Below the pieces are notes generated by a model. It had not been told where the DNA came from, made no database searches, and saw only the letters and a program-made list of their open reading frames with translations. The position numbers and the translations under genes were made by a program. A stretch of 64,000 nt of DNA, taken from Myxococcota bacterium. GTDB lineage: Bacteria > Myxococcota > XYA12-FULL-58-9 > JABJBS01. Shown here in pieces: positions 20,175-30,792 of this stretch; the first letter of the stretch is position 1, and every line of letters begins with the position of its first letter. The stretch lies in contig JAYZAY010000089.1 of the NCBI GenBank assembly GCA_036339465.1, forward strand, positions 10,483 to 74,482, in the 5' to 3' direction.

Positions 20175-20747
20175 GTGAGTTCCATTGGTACGACATACAC
20201 GACGTCTATTCCACAGCCGAAGAAAAAGAAAAAGGTTGTGAAGAAAACTTCCTCTAAGAAAAAACCCGCGAAACCACCAGGTCCACCGGGGTCAAAAAAA
20301 CCCCTTGGAATTGTCGCAGCGATTCTTGTCACCGCTGGCCTATCGTTTTTGTTTTTCGACCGGGGAATGGTGCCACAAGTGTCGAAAAAGCCCAAAAAGA
20401 AACCGGCAAGCATGCTGGTCTTGCCCAAGAAGCCGATGCCACAACGAGTGGCGGTTATGAGGGCCATCCAAGCTCTTAAGCCGAAGGTAGAACGTTGTTA
20501 TTTGAGATTGGTTCGTAAATATCCGGGGATATCGGGTATTGTTGTGGTGGAATTTGGCATGGATTGGGAGAAGGTTGAAGGTTTCATTTATGGAACGAAG
20601 GCCATCGAGCCTCCTTTTATTCCTGGAGCCTTTACGACTTGTCTAAAAAAGGAGGCCTTAGACCTTTCTTTCAAATTGCCAAAGGGATTGAATCGCGAAA
20701 CAAAACCCAAGGTTGTGGTCTTTCCGTTTTCATTTAGCAAACCATGA
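20175..20747 (+). CDS. Membrane-anchored protein with AgmX/PglI (TonB-C-like) C-terminal domain
   Basis: Lys/Pro-rich N-terminus, one TM helix, then VERCY...PGISGIVVVEF...CL...VVFPFSF; start uncertain (GTG 20175). Confidence 0.6.
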   Translation: MSSIGTTYTTSIPQPKKKKKVVKKTSSKKKPAKPPGPPGSKKPLGIVAAILVTAGLSFLFFDRGMVPQVSKKPKKKPASMLVLPKKPMPQRVAVMRAIQALKPKVERCYLRLVRKYPGISGIVVVEFGMDWEKVEGFIYGTKAIEPPFIPGAFTTCLKKEALDLSFKLPKGLNRETKPKVVVFPFSFSKP

Positions 20748-21352
20748 AGTACTTATATAAGTGTGTTTCCAATTGCAAAAAACCGTCTCAACTTACGACT
20801 TCTAAGGTATCGAAAGTACGTAACTTCATAATCTAATCCCATTATACTCTGGATATTGTTGACCCGAGATCCACGACCATATACTTATTGAAGATGTCTC
20901 TTTTATCGACGCAGGAACCAAAAACGATAGATTGGAGATTCGTATACGGACTTTCATTTCCGGAGCCAATTCCTGTGTGTCAGGATAAGAGAGAGCGTTT
21001 TAGTGAGGCGATATTGTGGAAAAACGTTCAACTGAACTTACTGGCTGAATCAAAGCAAGCTAGGTCGAATAGCAATGAATAGATATTGTGGCTTGATTTG
21101 GAGTGGCCATTGGAACGAACAGCGCTTTTAGAAAACGTCAGGGGATGTTGAGGGGGGGGGAGAAACAAGAATAAATGCTAGATAAGGATATAAATGACCA
21201 GGCAGTTTTGGCGTATCGGTTCGGGGGTTAGTTGTGTACGTCGCAGGGACGGTTTGGCCAGGAGAAGATTCAATATAGCTTGATAGTTAAATCTAACGTG
21301 ATATTTGGAACGCGTCCATTTTTAGGACGGTGGAACTTTTAGGAGGGAACAA

Positions 21353-21850
21353 ATGATGAGCAATGCTTCAAAGAATGCGCGTTCTGCGAAGCTCTCTGAA
21401 CCTCGGAAAGCACGGGGCCAAGCTAGGCCTAAGACGATGTCTCGCCGTGAGATGATGAGGGAGAAAAAAAGAAGAGAGAAGGCAGGGGACTTACTCGAAA
21501 TAATTTCTTATGACAGACCAAGAACGCGTTCGGAGTGTGGAGTGGGCCCTAGGCCCTGTCTGTTTGTGGCTTGTAAATATCACCTGTATTTGGATGTGAA
21601 TCCTGAGACGGGTTCTATAAAGGTTAACTTTCCCGATAGGGAGCCATGGGAATTAGAGGAGACTTGTTCTTTGGACATCGCGGAACGAGGCGGGGTGACT
21701 TTGGAAGAGGTCGGAGAAATATTGAACCTTACCCGCGAGCGGGTAAGGCAGGTTGAGGTCTCGGGCTTGACCAAGATGCACCATGTCGCAAGTGACCATG
21801 AGCTTGATGCATTTATGGATTGGGAAGTTGGAAGAGACAAAGTTGGTTGA
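21353..21850 (+). CDS. Sigma-70 region-4-like HTH protein with Cys/His-rich N-terminal module
   Basis: [20 protein letters not shown] (sigma region 4.2) preceded by [19 protein letters not shown]; no region 2; SD AGGAGG. Confidence 0.8.
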   Translation: MMSNASKNARSAKLSEPRKARGQARPKTMSRREMMREKKRREKAGDLLEIISYDRPRTRSECGVGPRPCLFVACKYHLYLDVNPETGSIKVNFPDREPWELEETCSLDIAERGGVTLEEVGEILNLTRERVRQVEVSGLTKMHHVASDHELDAFMDWEVGRDKVG

Positions 21851-21859
21851 TACGAAAAC

Positions 21860-21892
21860 TTCAGAGGCTTTCGTTTCTTGAAAGCTTCTGAA
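21860..21892 (+). terminator. Probable intrinsic terminator hairpin
   Basis: TTCAGAGGCTTTC-gtttctt-GAAAGCTTCTGAA (13-bp stem with one G:U) just after the stop, followed by a T-rich run. Confidence 0.5.
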
Positions 21893-21942
21893 CTTCGTTT
21901 GGACTTCGTTTTATCCCCTGACGGTGAGCTTGTGACTATTCT

Positions 21943-22743
21943 ATGTCAAATTTAGCGGTCATCATCGTCAACTACAACCGTGGTGACCTACTGAAGGAAT
22001 GCATCGATTCGTTGCCGAGTTGCTGGGATATCGTCGTCGTCGATAATGCTTCTACCGATGTGGCTTCCAAGGAACTTGCGGAAGGTTTTAAGCGGGGAAT
22101 CTGGCTTCAACAGTCGGAAAACCTAGGGTTTGGGAGGGCATGTAATCTGGGGGCGAATCATACCACATGTGATTATCTCCTTTTTCTAAATCCCGACACG
22201 TATTTGTTGCCGGAAAGCCAGTTTTGTCCTGAGATGCTATTTTCTGAGGTTCCAGGAGCGTCAGCTTTTGGGTTTAAGCATTTGGATTGGCATGGTGATT
22301 ATCAGCTTTCCTATGGCTGGTATCCCAGATTGAGCAGTGAGGTTTTCCGGAAAGTATTGCAAGGCTGTTTTGATTATCCGATCAAACCGGTAGTGGAATT
22401 AACCCATAAGCTATTCAATAAGCGACAGGAAATATCGTGGGTTGCGGGTTCTTCGTTGCTGGTGAAGAGAGAGTATTTTTGGCAGGTAGATGGCTTTGAT
22501 GAGAATATCTTTCTCTTTTTTGAAGATATCGATCTATGCTTGCGTCTTGGAATTGAGGTGGGGCCTGTCATTTATGAACCGAAGATTGTTATCAAGCATT
22601 GGCGTGGGGCATCCGCGAACATAAACCGTGAAGTCTCAAGAACGCACTATCGCCAAAGTCAGATATATTTTTGGGAGAAATATCACGGTGCTTTTCAGGC
22701 GAAATTGTTGAAGCAATTGCTCATAAGGCTCAAGCGATATTGA
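21943..22743 (+). CDS. Glycosyltransferase family 2
   Basis: [41 protein letters not shown]. Confidence 0.92.
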   Translation: MSNLAVIIVNYNRGDLLKECIDSLPSCWDIVVVDNASTDVASKELAEGFKRGIWLQQSENLGFGRACNLGANHTTCDYLLFLNPDTYLLPESQFCPEMLFSEVPGASAFGFKHLDWHGDYQLSYGWYPRLSSEVFRKVLQGCFDYPIKPVVELTHKLFNKRQEISWVAGSSLLVKREYFWQVDGFDENIFLFFEDIDLCLRLGIEVGPVIYEPKIVIKHWRGASANINREVSRTHYRQSQIYFWEKYHGAFQAKLLKQLLIRLKRY

Positions 22744-22794
22744 ATTCAATAGACCGAACTTGCCTTCCTGATGTGTTTTCTTTAAGGCTTTTTT

Positions 22795-23907
22795 ATGGAT
22801 GTGCTCCACATAATGGCATCTGGAGCTCGCGGCGGGGGAGCTGAGCACCTAAAGGGGCTTGTGAAGGCGCAGAATGCCATGGGTTTGCTCACGGGTATAG
22901 TCACGAGTTCCGATGGACCGTTGTGTGATGATATTGCTCCGATGGGTGTCCCCGTGGAAATAATCGAAATGATGGGCTCGAGGCTTTCTGTCACTGCGAC
23001 CATGAAGTTACGGCGGGCGATTCGCTCTTTTGCGCCGTCTATTGTTCACATGCATGGGACCCGAGCGGCGTGGCTGGTGACTCTAAGCTGTCCAGGGCTG
23101 GTGAGAGAGAGAGGGGTTTATACCACCCATGGGTTGGCCCACCGTGCCCGCGTGAATGACATGGGTCGAGCCGTTGCTTTTCGAATGGAAGTCGAATTGG
23201 CGCGATGGATAAAGGGCTATATTTCAGTTTCGAAAACCGACTTAGAAGAGATCAAGGTATTTGTTCCATCCCTCAATACCCGTGGCTACTATATTCCGAA
23301 TTCAGTCGATTTACCGAGGTTCAATCAGATATCTAAGGAGCAAGCCCGCAAGCTCATTGGTATTGAGGGTGAAACTCTATTGGTGGGTACGGTGGGGCGT
23401 CTGGTTCGGCAGAAAGGGGTCGATTGTTTTGTTCGGGCCCTGGGTGGGCTAAAGGATATTAAGGGGATCGTGGTGGGAGATGGACCCGAGTGTGAGAGTC
23501 TAAAAGGAATTTCTTCGGCGTTGAATTTGGATGTCGCATTTCTTGGCTTGCGAAGTGATGTGGACCTACTGCTGAAAGCACTCGATGTTTTCGTGCTTTC
23601 ATCACGATGGGAGGGGCAGCCCATCGTACTTTTGGAAGCTATGGCAGCAGGGGTCGCTGTTGTTGCTTCGAAAACAGAAGGTGCTCAAGAGCTTATTCAG
23701 CATGAAATCAACGGATTGCTCTTTCCTATTGATGACAATGCTGAATGCGCAGTGCAGATTGAAAGGCTGAGGGACGGCGCCTTTCGGGAAAAATTGCGGG
23801 AGAAAGCCCGTGCGATGGTGGGGGAGAGATCCTACCGTGCCAATGCGGAAAAGGTCAGAACTGTTTATGGCCATATGCTTTCAGACACGTGGACGGTGGA
23901 GAGCTAG
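22795..23907 (+). CDS. Glycosyltransferase family 4
   Basis: GGAE, VGRL..QKG, SSRWEGQPIVLLEAMAAG. Confidence 0.92.
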   Translation: MDVLHIMASGARGGGAEHLKGLVKAQNAMGLLTGIVTSSDGPLCDDIAPMGVPVEIIEMMGSRLSVTATMKLRRAIRSFAPSIVHMHGTRAAWLVTLSCPGLVRERGVYTTHGLAHRARVNDMGRAVAFRMEVELARWIKGYISVSKTDLEEIKVFVPSLNTRGYYIPNSVDLPRFNQISKEQARKLIGIEGETLLVGTVGRLVRQKGVDCFVRALGGLKDIKGIVVGDGPECESLKGISSALNLDVAFLGLRSDVDLLLKALDVFVLSSRWEGQPIVLLEAMAAGVAVVASKTEGAQELIQHEINGLLFPIDDNAECAVQIERLRDGAFREKLREKARAMVGERSYRANAEKVRTVYGHMLSDTWTVES

Positions 23908-23910
23908 GTC

Positions 23911-26046
23911 ATGGAAGTGGCACTTTTACTTTGGATGGTCATGGGGACGTCTTTTGCCGACGTAGAGTCGGATTTGTGGGCACTTTGCGAGGATGAGTCA
24001 GCCGCAGTGCATGAAACAGGCTCTGGCGAGTTTTGGTGGGAATCATTGTCGGTATTGAAACAACATCGACAGGCCTGGCGCTCTAAGCAATTGGCCGTCA
24101 GCAGCAAGAAGAAATCTCCAATGCCAGAGGTCTTGTTAGACACTGCTCGGAATTACTTAGGGGTTCCCTATTTATGGGGAGGTGAGGGTCGTGGGGGGCT
24201 CGATTGTAGTGGGTTCACGAACAAAGTTTACGCAAAGAACGGGTATGATTTACCTCGAAACTCGCGTCAACAATTTAGGGTAGGGATGAAGGTTTCTCGT
24301 TGGAATTTGAAAGCGGGAGATTTGGTGTTTTTTTCATCTGAACCGAGTCGTAGAAAAATTACGCATGTGGGTATTTATGTTGATGACGACGAGTTTATTC
24401 ATGCCGCACGGGGAAAAGGGGAAGTGACCTATGACCGCTTAACCTCATCATACTATAGCCGTCGTTTCCGTGGGGGACGCCGGTTTTTGAGTCTCAACCC
24501 GGGACGCTATTCTGCCAAGGATGGGACAGCCCGCCGGAGTCGACTCTACGATGACCCCAAACAATTGGCGGATGCGAAAGAAGATGCAACGATTCTCAAT
24601 GAATTGGGATTGGACGGGTCTGGTGACACCGTGGCGGAGCATAAGCCGGGAGAAAAACCGATCCAGCTGGTCAACGGTTTCGTGAAAGGAAGTATTAATC
24701 AAGTTGGTCCAGCTCTGATATCTACCCAAGAAACGGCCTTGGGATTGCGATTTGCGGGTGGGGTGATGAAGGATGTCTCTGCGTTGGTTATTGCACCTGA
24801 ATTCACTTATTTTGGGCATGAGAATGCCTTTCAACTGAGTATTGGTATTCCTCTAGAGATTCCCATTACCGGATTTGAGGGCGAATTTGGAAAACGGTTT
24901 AAAGAAGGTTGGGGCAAGCTGTCAGATTATACAAAGGTGATCAATAAAATCCAGTTTGGCCAAAAGGAGAGTCAGCTCTATATCGAGTTAAGTAGAACAC
25001 TCTCTGGAAGCCTGGGACACGGCCAAATCATGCGCTACTATACGCCGAATATTGGGACATCTTATTTACCCAACTATACCATCAAACGAACTGCACTTTC
25101 GGCAGCCGTCGATGGTTTTTTAGATTCTGTTGGTAGTGAGTTTTTTATCGATGATGTCATTTCACCCCATGTTTTAGGAGCCCTCTTTTTCTTTCGACCT
25201 TCAGTATTATTGGGATCTCCTAGCGAGTGGAAAAAGCGATTTTCTGTGGCCGCAACTTACGCTTTGGATATGGATGCACCGTTTGTGAAGAAGGAAGATG
25301 GGAGCTATGAAAAAAGGTCATTGCATGGCATCGGCGTGGACATCGAATATAAATATGTGAAAACGAAGAGCGTTGATATTAAATCATATCTAGATTTATC
25401 TGGATTGGTTTATGATGGAGGAACTGGTTTTGGAGTAGCTTTTGGCACCCTGATTCGCACTAATCTACAATGGAGAGGCACCCACGTATTACGTGGCCGT
25501 CTAGAAATTCGGGCCAGCAATCCCAATTTTATCCCATCCTATTTTGATACGACCTATCCCGTAACCCGTTATGCCGCTCCGGTAGATGATTATAACGCTG
25601 AACCGATTACCAAATTAGGCCTTTTGGATGAACTAAAAAATGACCCATCCCGCTGGGGCTTCTATGGTGAATTGGTGTATCGATTTTCTCGAAGGGTTAG
25701 TTTTGTTACCTCCTACGAGGATGGGGATGCTTTTGGAGAAATACCTCCATCAGAGAGTTATTCAGGACGAAATTTCATGCTTTCCTTTAAAGTAGACAAA
25801 CTATATTTGCCGCGTTCCACGCGTTACATCGATTTTTATTTGGCCTACCATCTCCGTAATTTCAAAGATACCACTGGCGTTTTTAATTTGAAGCGTCCTA
25901 ACGAATATATTTTTAGTAGTTTGTCTATGCGCGTGAGTCGGTTCTTGGAGTTTCATTTATCGCTTCGGAAGGGGGTTAATGGCGACAGTCGACAGGTGGG
26001 AGGCTTTGATATAATGGCTGGCGCAACCGCTAAATGGGAACTATGA
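23911..26046 (+). CDS. NlpC/P60 cysteine peptidase fused to a long, probably beta-barrel, C-terminal domain
   Basis: Signal peptide; YLGVPYLWGG...LDCSG...LPRNS...GDLVFF...HVGIY...FIHA; then about 450 aa of alternating aromatic/hydrophobic strands ending ATAKWEL. Confidence 0.8.
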   Translation: MEVALLLWMVMGTSFADVESDLWALCEDESAAVHETGSGEFWWESLSVLKQHRQAWRSKQLAVSSKKKSPMPEVLLDTARNYLGVPYLWGGEGRGGLDCSGFTNKVYAKNGYDLPRNSRQQFRVGMKVSRWNLKAGDLVFFSSEPSRRKITHVGIYVDDDEFIHAARGKGEVTYDRLTSSYYSRRFRGGRRFLSLNPGRYSAKDGTARRSRLYDDPKQLADAKEDATILNELGLDGSGDTVAEHKPGEKPIQLVNGFVKGSINQVGPALISTQETALGLRFAGGVMKDVSALVIAPEFTYFGHENAFQLSIGIPLEIPITGFEGEFGKRFKEGWGKLSDYTKVINKIQFGQKESQLYIELSRTLSGSLGHGQIMRYYTPNIGTSYLPNYTIKRTALSAAVDGFLDSVGSEFFIDDVISPHVLGALFFFRPSVLLGSPSEWKKRFSVAATYALDMDAPFVKKEDGSYEKRSLHGIGVDIEYKYVKTKSVDIKSYLDLSGLVYDGGTGFGVAFGTLIRTNLQWRGTHVLRGRLEIRASNPNFIPSYFDTTYPVTRYAAPVDDYNAEPITKLGLLDELKNDPSRWGFYGELVYRFSRRVSFVTSYEDGDAFGEIPPSESYSGRNFMLSFKVDKLYLPRSTRYIDFYLAYHLRNFKDTTGVFNLKRPNEYIFSSLSMRVSRFLEFHLSLRKGVNGDSRQVGGFDIMAGATAKWEL

Positions 26047-27203
26047 TGGCCGCTCAAGTATTATGGCAGGATGATGAAACCGTAAAAGTGGCGTTGGTGC
26101 ACGACTGGTTGGTTGCTCATCGGGGAGGGGAGAATGTTCTGATGGAACTGGCCACCCTATTTCCTCAAGCCCCTATTTACACTTTGGTTTACGATCGTGA
26201 GAAGGCACCCACAGCTTTAAGTTCTAGAGAAGTACATACCAGTTGGCTCCAGAAGCTACCTTTTTCTGAAAAACATTTTCGGAAGCTATTGCCGCTGATG
26301 CCAAGGGCCATAGAATCCTTTGATTTAAGTTCTTATGACCTAATTCTCTCCACCAGTCATTGTGTTGCTAAAGGCATATTGACGCATCAAAACCAGGTCC
26401 ACTTAAGTTACATTCATACGCCAATGCGATATATTTGGGATCAAATGCCCCACTATCTACCGGGTAGGCTTCCCAAATTTGTTTCACACCCATTGGCGAG
26501 GGTAGCAACGATTCCCCTTCGGCAATGGGATCGCAAGTCCGGTCAGCGTCCTACCACCCTACTAGCCAACTCCGGTTTTGTCGCAGAGCGGATTGAGCGT
26601 TGTTGGGGACGTGAGGCTTCGGTGGTTTATCCCCCCGTCGATATTACCCGCTTCAAGCCACCAAGCCACCAAACGAAAAAATCGTATTTTCTGGTCGTAA
26701 GTGCCTTGGTCCCCTACAAAAACAATGCGTTGGCGGTGGCGTGGGCCTCCAAGCATGGGGAGTCTTTAAAGGTGGTGGGCAGTGGGTCGGAATACGCTCG
26801 ATTGCGTTCTATGGCTGGTCCATCGGTAGAGTTTGTGGGTGCTTTGGACTCCGTGGAGCTTGTGAAAGCCTATCAAGGTGCAAGGGCCCTCCTGTTCTGC
26901 GGTATCGAGGATTTTGGTATTGTCCCGTTGGAAGCAATGGCCGCGGGCTGCCCGGTGATCGCTTTAGCGCGAGGGGGGGCTTTAGAAACAGTATCGGTCG
27001 CGCCGGATCTTTTGACGGGGGTCTTCTTTCGAGAACCCAATCTCACAGCCCTTGAAACTGCCATCCACCAATTCCGAAAAGATGAGGAGGAAGGTCGTTT
27101 TGTTCCTGAACGGATGTATGGTTACACCCAGCGCTTCTCGCCGGCTAGGTTTCGAGACGAGGTGTGCAGGGTACTGCAAACCATGAAAATAGCAAAAATA
27201 TGA
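26043..27203 (+). CDS. Glycosyltransferase family 4
   Basis: VALVHDWL...GGE.VL, HTPMRY.WD, ANS, VVYPPVD, EDFGIVPLEAMAAG. Confidence 0.92.
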   Translation: MMAAQVLWQDDETVKVALVHDWLVAHRGGENVLMELATLFPQAPIYTLVYDREKAPTALSSREVHTSWLQKLPFSEKHFRKLLPLMPRAIESFDLSSYDLILSTSHCVAKGILTHQNQVHLSYIHTPMRYIWDQMPHYLPGRLPKFVSHPLARVATIPLRQWDRKSGQRPTTLLANSGFVAERIERCWGREASVVYPPVDITRFKPPSHQTKKSYFLVVSALVPYKNNALAVAWASKHGESLKVVGSGSEYARLRSMAGPSVEFVGALDSVELVKAYQGARALLFCGIEDFGIVPLEAMAAGCPVIALARGGALETVSVAPDLLTGVFFREPNLTALETAIHQFRKDEEEGRFVPERMYGYTQRFSPARFRDEVCRVLQTMKIAKI

Positions 27204-27332
27204 TCAGTTTATCACAATCTTGTGGAGCTGGGCTTGACTCTCGTCCATATCTTGGTAGCGGGGCTCTCAGGTAAATCTTGTTGGTGAAGCTGTGCAGTTC
27301 AATCTGTGCTTGAAATATAAAAGACCGCGATT

Positions 27333-28730
27333 ATGTTGAAACGATATGCGAAGTTATTCGAAACCGGGTTGATGCTGAGCGACACTCTCGTTGTTGGATT
27401 GGCGTTTCTTGCTGCTTATGTCATCCGGTTTTCTTTTCCTGAAAATCTGACTTATGAAACGATTTCTGATCTCAGGGAAACACGCTTTGTGGGTTGTCTG
27501 GTGACGATTTTGTGGCCTCTCATCGCTTATTCCGGAAAATTATATGTCAGCTACCGGGCCAAACCGATCTGGTCATATGGGATGAATATTTTAAGAACCA
27601 CGGTTCTTACTTTCTTGATGGTTGTTACCATCACGTATTTTGTACGGGATGTTCGGTATTCTCGTTTGGTCTTAATTCTATGGGGCGCGCTCACAGTTGT
27701 AGGGACTTCTTTTCTAAGGGTGGCATTTAGGTATGCTCTCCAAGCGATGCGAAAACGGGGATATAATTTACGTCATTTTGCAATTGTGGGTACGGGTCCC
27801 TTGGCCCAAAGGGTTCATAGGCAGTTAACCGAGCGATCTGAGTTCGGATTGTGTTTTGCTGGTTTTTTTGAGTTGGACAAAGTTGCCACTCCAGATGCAC
27901 CTGACGGGCTACTTCTAGGAAGAGTCTCGGATATGGCGCGAGTCATCGGCGAGCAGGGCATTGAACAAGTGCTCATTGCCTTACCTGTGGAGGAGTTGCC
28001 CAATGCTAAACCTGTGATGGACAGGCTATCAAAGTTGACGGTGGATGTTCGCCTGGTGCCCGGTTTCGATGAATTGGTGACACTATGTGGTAGTGTTGAG
28101 GAACTGGCTGGCTTGCCGATGTTCAATCTCCAGGATTCTCCTTTGGTGGGTTGGAATGGGATTGGGAAGCGGTTATTCGACTTAATGTTGGTGTTGGTTG
28201 GTTTTCCATTGGTCATGTTGGTCGGAGGCTTGGTTGCCCTTTGTGTTAAATCAACAAGTCATGGACCTATACTCTATCGACAGGTGCGGATGGGCATGGA
28301 TGGCCGGCTCTTTGAGATGTTTAAATTTCGAACCATGTATTGTGATGCAGAAAAAGATGGTGCCCAGATGGCAAGAGCTGATGACCCACGTTGTACGCCC
28401 ATCGGCAAATTTCTACGTCGAAATTCTCTCGATGAATTACCCCAGCTCTTGAATGTCATACGAGGAGAGATGAGTCTTGTGGGGCCGCGGCCTGAGAGAC
28501 CTTGTTTCATTGAGTCCTTTAAATCTGAAATACCTCGCTATGCATTACGTCATAAGACGAAAGCGGGGATGACGGGTTGGGCGCAAATTAACGGTTTTCG
28601 TGGCAATACGAGTATAGAGGAAAGACTGGATTTTGACCTTTACTATATTGAGAATTGGTCTTTGTCTTTCGATTTTAAAATTCTCTTAAAAACGGTTATG
28701 GGGGGATATCAATCTCCCCATGCGTATTAA
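27333..28730 (+). CDS. Undecaprenyl-phosphate sugar phosphotransferase (WcaJ/WbaP type)
   Basis: Four N-terminal TMs; KRLFD, FKFRTM, DPRCTPIGKFLRRNSLDELPQL.NV..GEMSLVGPRPE, GMTGWAQING, DLYYIENWS. Confidence 0.93.
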   Translation: MLKRYAKLFETGLMLSDTLVVGLAFLAAYVIRFSFPENLTYETISDLRETRFVGCLVTILWPLIAYSGKLYVSYRAKPIWSYGMNILRTTVLTFLMVVTITYFVRDVRYSRLVLILWGALTVVGTSFLRVAFRYALQAMRKRGYNLRHFAIVGTGPLAQRVHRQLTERSEFGLCFAGFFELDKVATPDAPDGLLLGRVSDMARVIGEQGIEQVLIALPVEELPNAKPVMDRLSKLTVDVRLVPGFDELVTLCGSVEELAGLPMFNLQDSPLVGWNGIGKRLFDLMLVLVGFPLVMLVGGLVALCVKSTSHGPILYRQVRMGMDGRLFEMFKFRTMYCDAEKDGAQMARADDPRCTPIGKFLRRNSLDELPQLLNVIRGEMSLVGPRPERPCFIESFKSEIPRYALRHKTKAGMTGWAQINGFRGNTSIEERLDFDLYYIENWSLSFDFKILLKTVMGGYQSPHAY

Positions 28731-28768
28731 TTTCCCCACCATCCTATCCTTTTTTCTGTAGAGGTCAC

Positions 28769-29413
28769 ATGCGGGAGTGCTACGCACGATATTCTAAGCA
28801 GGATCTGTTGCAGAATCTTTCGGCGGTCGAAGCCCGATTCGAGCAGGGTCAGCTCTGTGTATTTCCAACGGAAACCTTCTATGGATTGGCCGCAAGTATT
28901 TATCACCCTGAAGCTTTGATTCGACTTAGTGCTCTTAAGAATCGGGGGCAGCATAAGCCTATCGCATTGATCGCTCATTCATACGAGGAAGTTGAGAAGC
29001 ATTTTGAGCTGGCGGGTGAGCTAGAGAGATTGGCGAAAGTATCGTGGCCGGGGCCTCTAACACTGGTTGTCAAACCGAAGGTAGATTTTCCCGATGCATT
29101 GTTGGGTGAAAATGGTTTTGTTGGAGTACGGGTTTCTCCGAATACTGAGGCCACAATATTGGCTGGAGCAGCTGGAGGGTTAATGACCGCTACCAGCGCA
29201 AATTTCATGGGGGAGCCTCCAGTGTCGCATTATGATAGCATTCCCGATTCTCTTTTGGATGCGTTAGATTTCGGCATCGATGGGGGGGCAACTATGGGTG
29301 GAGAGCCTTCTACGGTTTTGGGGTGGGATGGCGATTTGCGAGTCTATAGGGAAGGCGCGATTTCTAAGAAAGAGATCAAACGCTTATTGAGTGGGTTAAA
29401 TGATTCTAAATGA
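28769..29413 (+). CDS. tsaC: L-threonylcarbamoyladenylate synthase (TsaC/YrdC/Sua5)
   Basis: FPTETFYGL, K.R...KP, WPGPLTLV, VGVRV, ATSAN, PSTV, REGAI. Confidence 0.9.
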   Translation: MRECYARYSKQDLLQNLSAVEARFEQGQLCVFPTETFYGLAASIYHPEALIRLSALKNRGQHKPIALIAHSYEEVEKHFELAGELERLAKVSWPGPLTLVVKPKVDFPDALLGENGFVGVRVSPNTEATILAGAAGGLMTATSANFMGEPPVSHYDSIPDSLLDALDFGIDGGATMGGEPSTVLGWDGDLRVYREGAISKKEIKRLLSGLNDSK

Positions 29414-30170
29414 CTTGCTGAGTCGGTCGAGTCTTTTGCAGGCGCGACTTACTCTCTGGCAACCCGGTAAGGGAGAAGGGTATCGCTTTAATTTAGATCC
29501 GGTCTTGTTGGCGGGTTTTACCGGTCCTGCTAGGCATACTCTTGAGCTTGGAGCCGGATGTGGTGTGTTAGGACTCCTTCTTCTCAAAACGGGAAAGTCA
29601 TCTAAATTGACATTTGTTGAGCGCCAAGAGTTACTTTTGGAGGCGATTGCTTTGAACGTCGAAGAGAATGATTTTTTGAAGAGTTCAGAAGTCAGGCCTG
29701 GAGATTTACGTCATTTGAACTTAGATAAGTACGACTCGGTGGTGTTTAACCCCCCCTACTATAAAGCAGACTCGGGCAGAGTGAGTCAGTCCCCTTCACG
29801 AGACGCAGGCCGTTTTGAACGATTTGGAACTTTGGCTGATTTTGTGAATGTGGCTGCTTGTGCTTGTTCTCTAGAAGGGCGAATAAGTCTTTGTATACCG
29901 CCGCTACGCGAAGAGGAACTCACGGATTTATTTACCGAGCATGGTTATGTCCGGTCCCGGATTCGGTATGTTCGCAGTCGGATAGGGGATCCGGTAAGGC
30001 TCGTACTGGCGGAATTTCAGAATCAGGATATTGTCGAAAACGAGAAAGTTGAAACAGAACTCTTAGTTCACGCCCCGTTGCCTAGCCAGGGTTACAGTGA
30101 TGAAGTCGTTCAGTGGCTTCAGGGGAGAATGCCTGGCGCAGAGCTTAGGGAAAGTTGTTTAGAAGAGTAG
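29400..30170 (+). CDS. SAM-dependent methyltransferase, tRNA1(Val) m6A37 (TrmN6/YfiC)-like
   Basis: GYRFNLD.VLLA, ELGAGCG, FNPPYY. Confidence 0.8.
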   Translation: MILNDLLSRSSLLQARLTLWQPGKGEGYRFNLDPVLLAGFTGPARHTLELGAGCGVLGLLLLKTGKSSKLTFVERQELLLEAIALNVEENDFLKSSEVRPGDLRHLNLDKYDSVVFNPPYYKADSGRVSQSPSRDAGRFERFGTLADFVNVAACACSLEGRISLCIPPLREEELTDLFTEHGYVRSRIRYVRSRIGDPVRLVLAEFQNQDIVENEKVETELLVHAPLPSQGYSDEVVQWLQGRMPGAELRESCLEE

Positions 30171-30231
30171 AGCTTTTTTTGTTGTGTCGGATTCGATTGC
30201 CACAGGGCCATGAGTTTCGTTGCTATGGGGG

Positions 30232-30771
30232 TTACGAATCATTGGATTTGTATTGCTTGGCTTTCTCTAGAATTCTTCGATTAGAGCGGTAACGTTCTGC
30301 ACGCATGCCTATTTCCATGGTTTTCTCAAATTGACGACGTAAATCATCGTCTTCGATATTTTGGGAGGTTTCTTTCACGTGGGCGAGATCTTTTCCCCGG
30401 GGTGCCAGACCCAGCCATGGTGGCGGAGCTTCTACTTCATCCTCCCGATTGTCGTCATGGCTTACATAACTTGGCGCGAATCTCAGGTCGGTTATCCAAG
30501 GTTCTCCGAGTTTATTGTTTAGCTTTTGGACTATATCCTGTTTTAGGAATGTTAGCTGGTTCTTCCATGCCGTTGATACACTGCTGAGGCGCAGAGTGCC
30601 ACGGGAAAATCCCATTGGGTGGCAACGCCCAGCGATGGTTTCACCAACAGCCTCTCGCCAGATTTGTTCAATCTTCATGCGTCTGGTGAAGTCGTTGAAT
30701 CCGTGGGCACCCAACGCGCTCAGAATTGCCTCTGCTGTCCCGACGGGAAATTTTTTCGTTCTTCTACTCAT
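30232..30771 (-). CDS. DUF721/DciA-family protein
   Basis: W.EAVGE.IA.RC.P....GTL....S.AW.NQL.FLK..I..KLN...I.DLRF. Confidence 0.8.
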   Translation of the reverse strand: MSRRTKKFPVGTAEAILSALGAHGFNDFTRRMKIEQIWREAVGETIAGRCHPMGFSRGTLRLSSVSTAWKNQLTFLKQDIVQKLNNKLGEPWITDLRFAPSYVSHDDNREDEVEAPPPWLGLAPRGKDLAHVKETSQNIEDDDLRRQFEKTMEIGMRAERYRSNRRILEKAKQYKSNDS

Positions 30772-30792
30772 AGATTTCCTTCTGTGCTGAGC

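Noticed and set aside
20750..21350. Possible ncRNA or small gene in the 600-nt gap
   Set aside because: No recognisable RNA family motif or convincing ORF.
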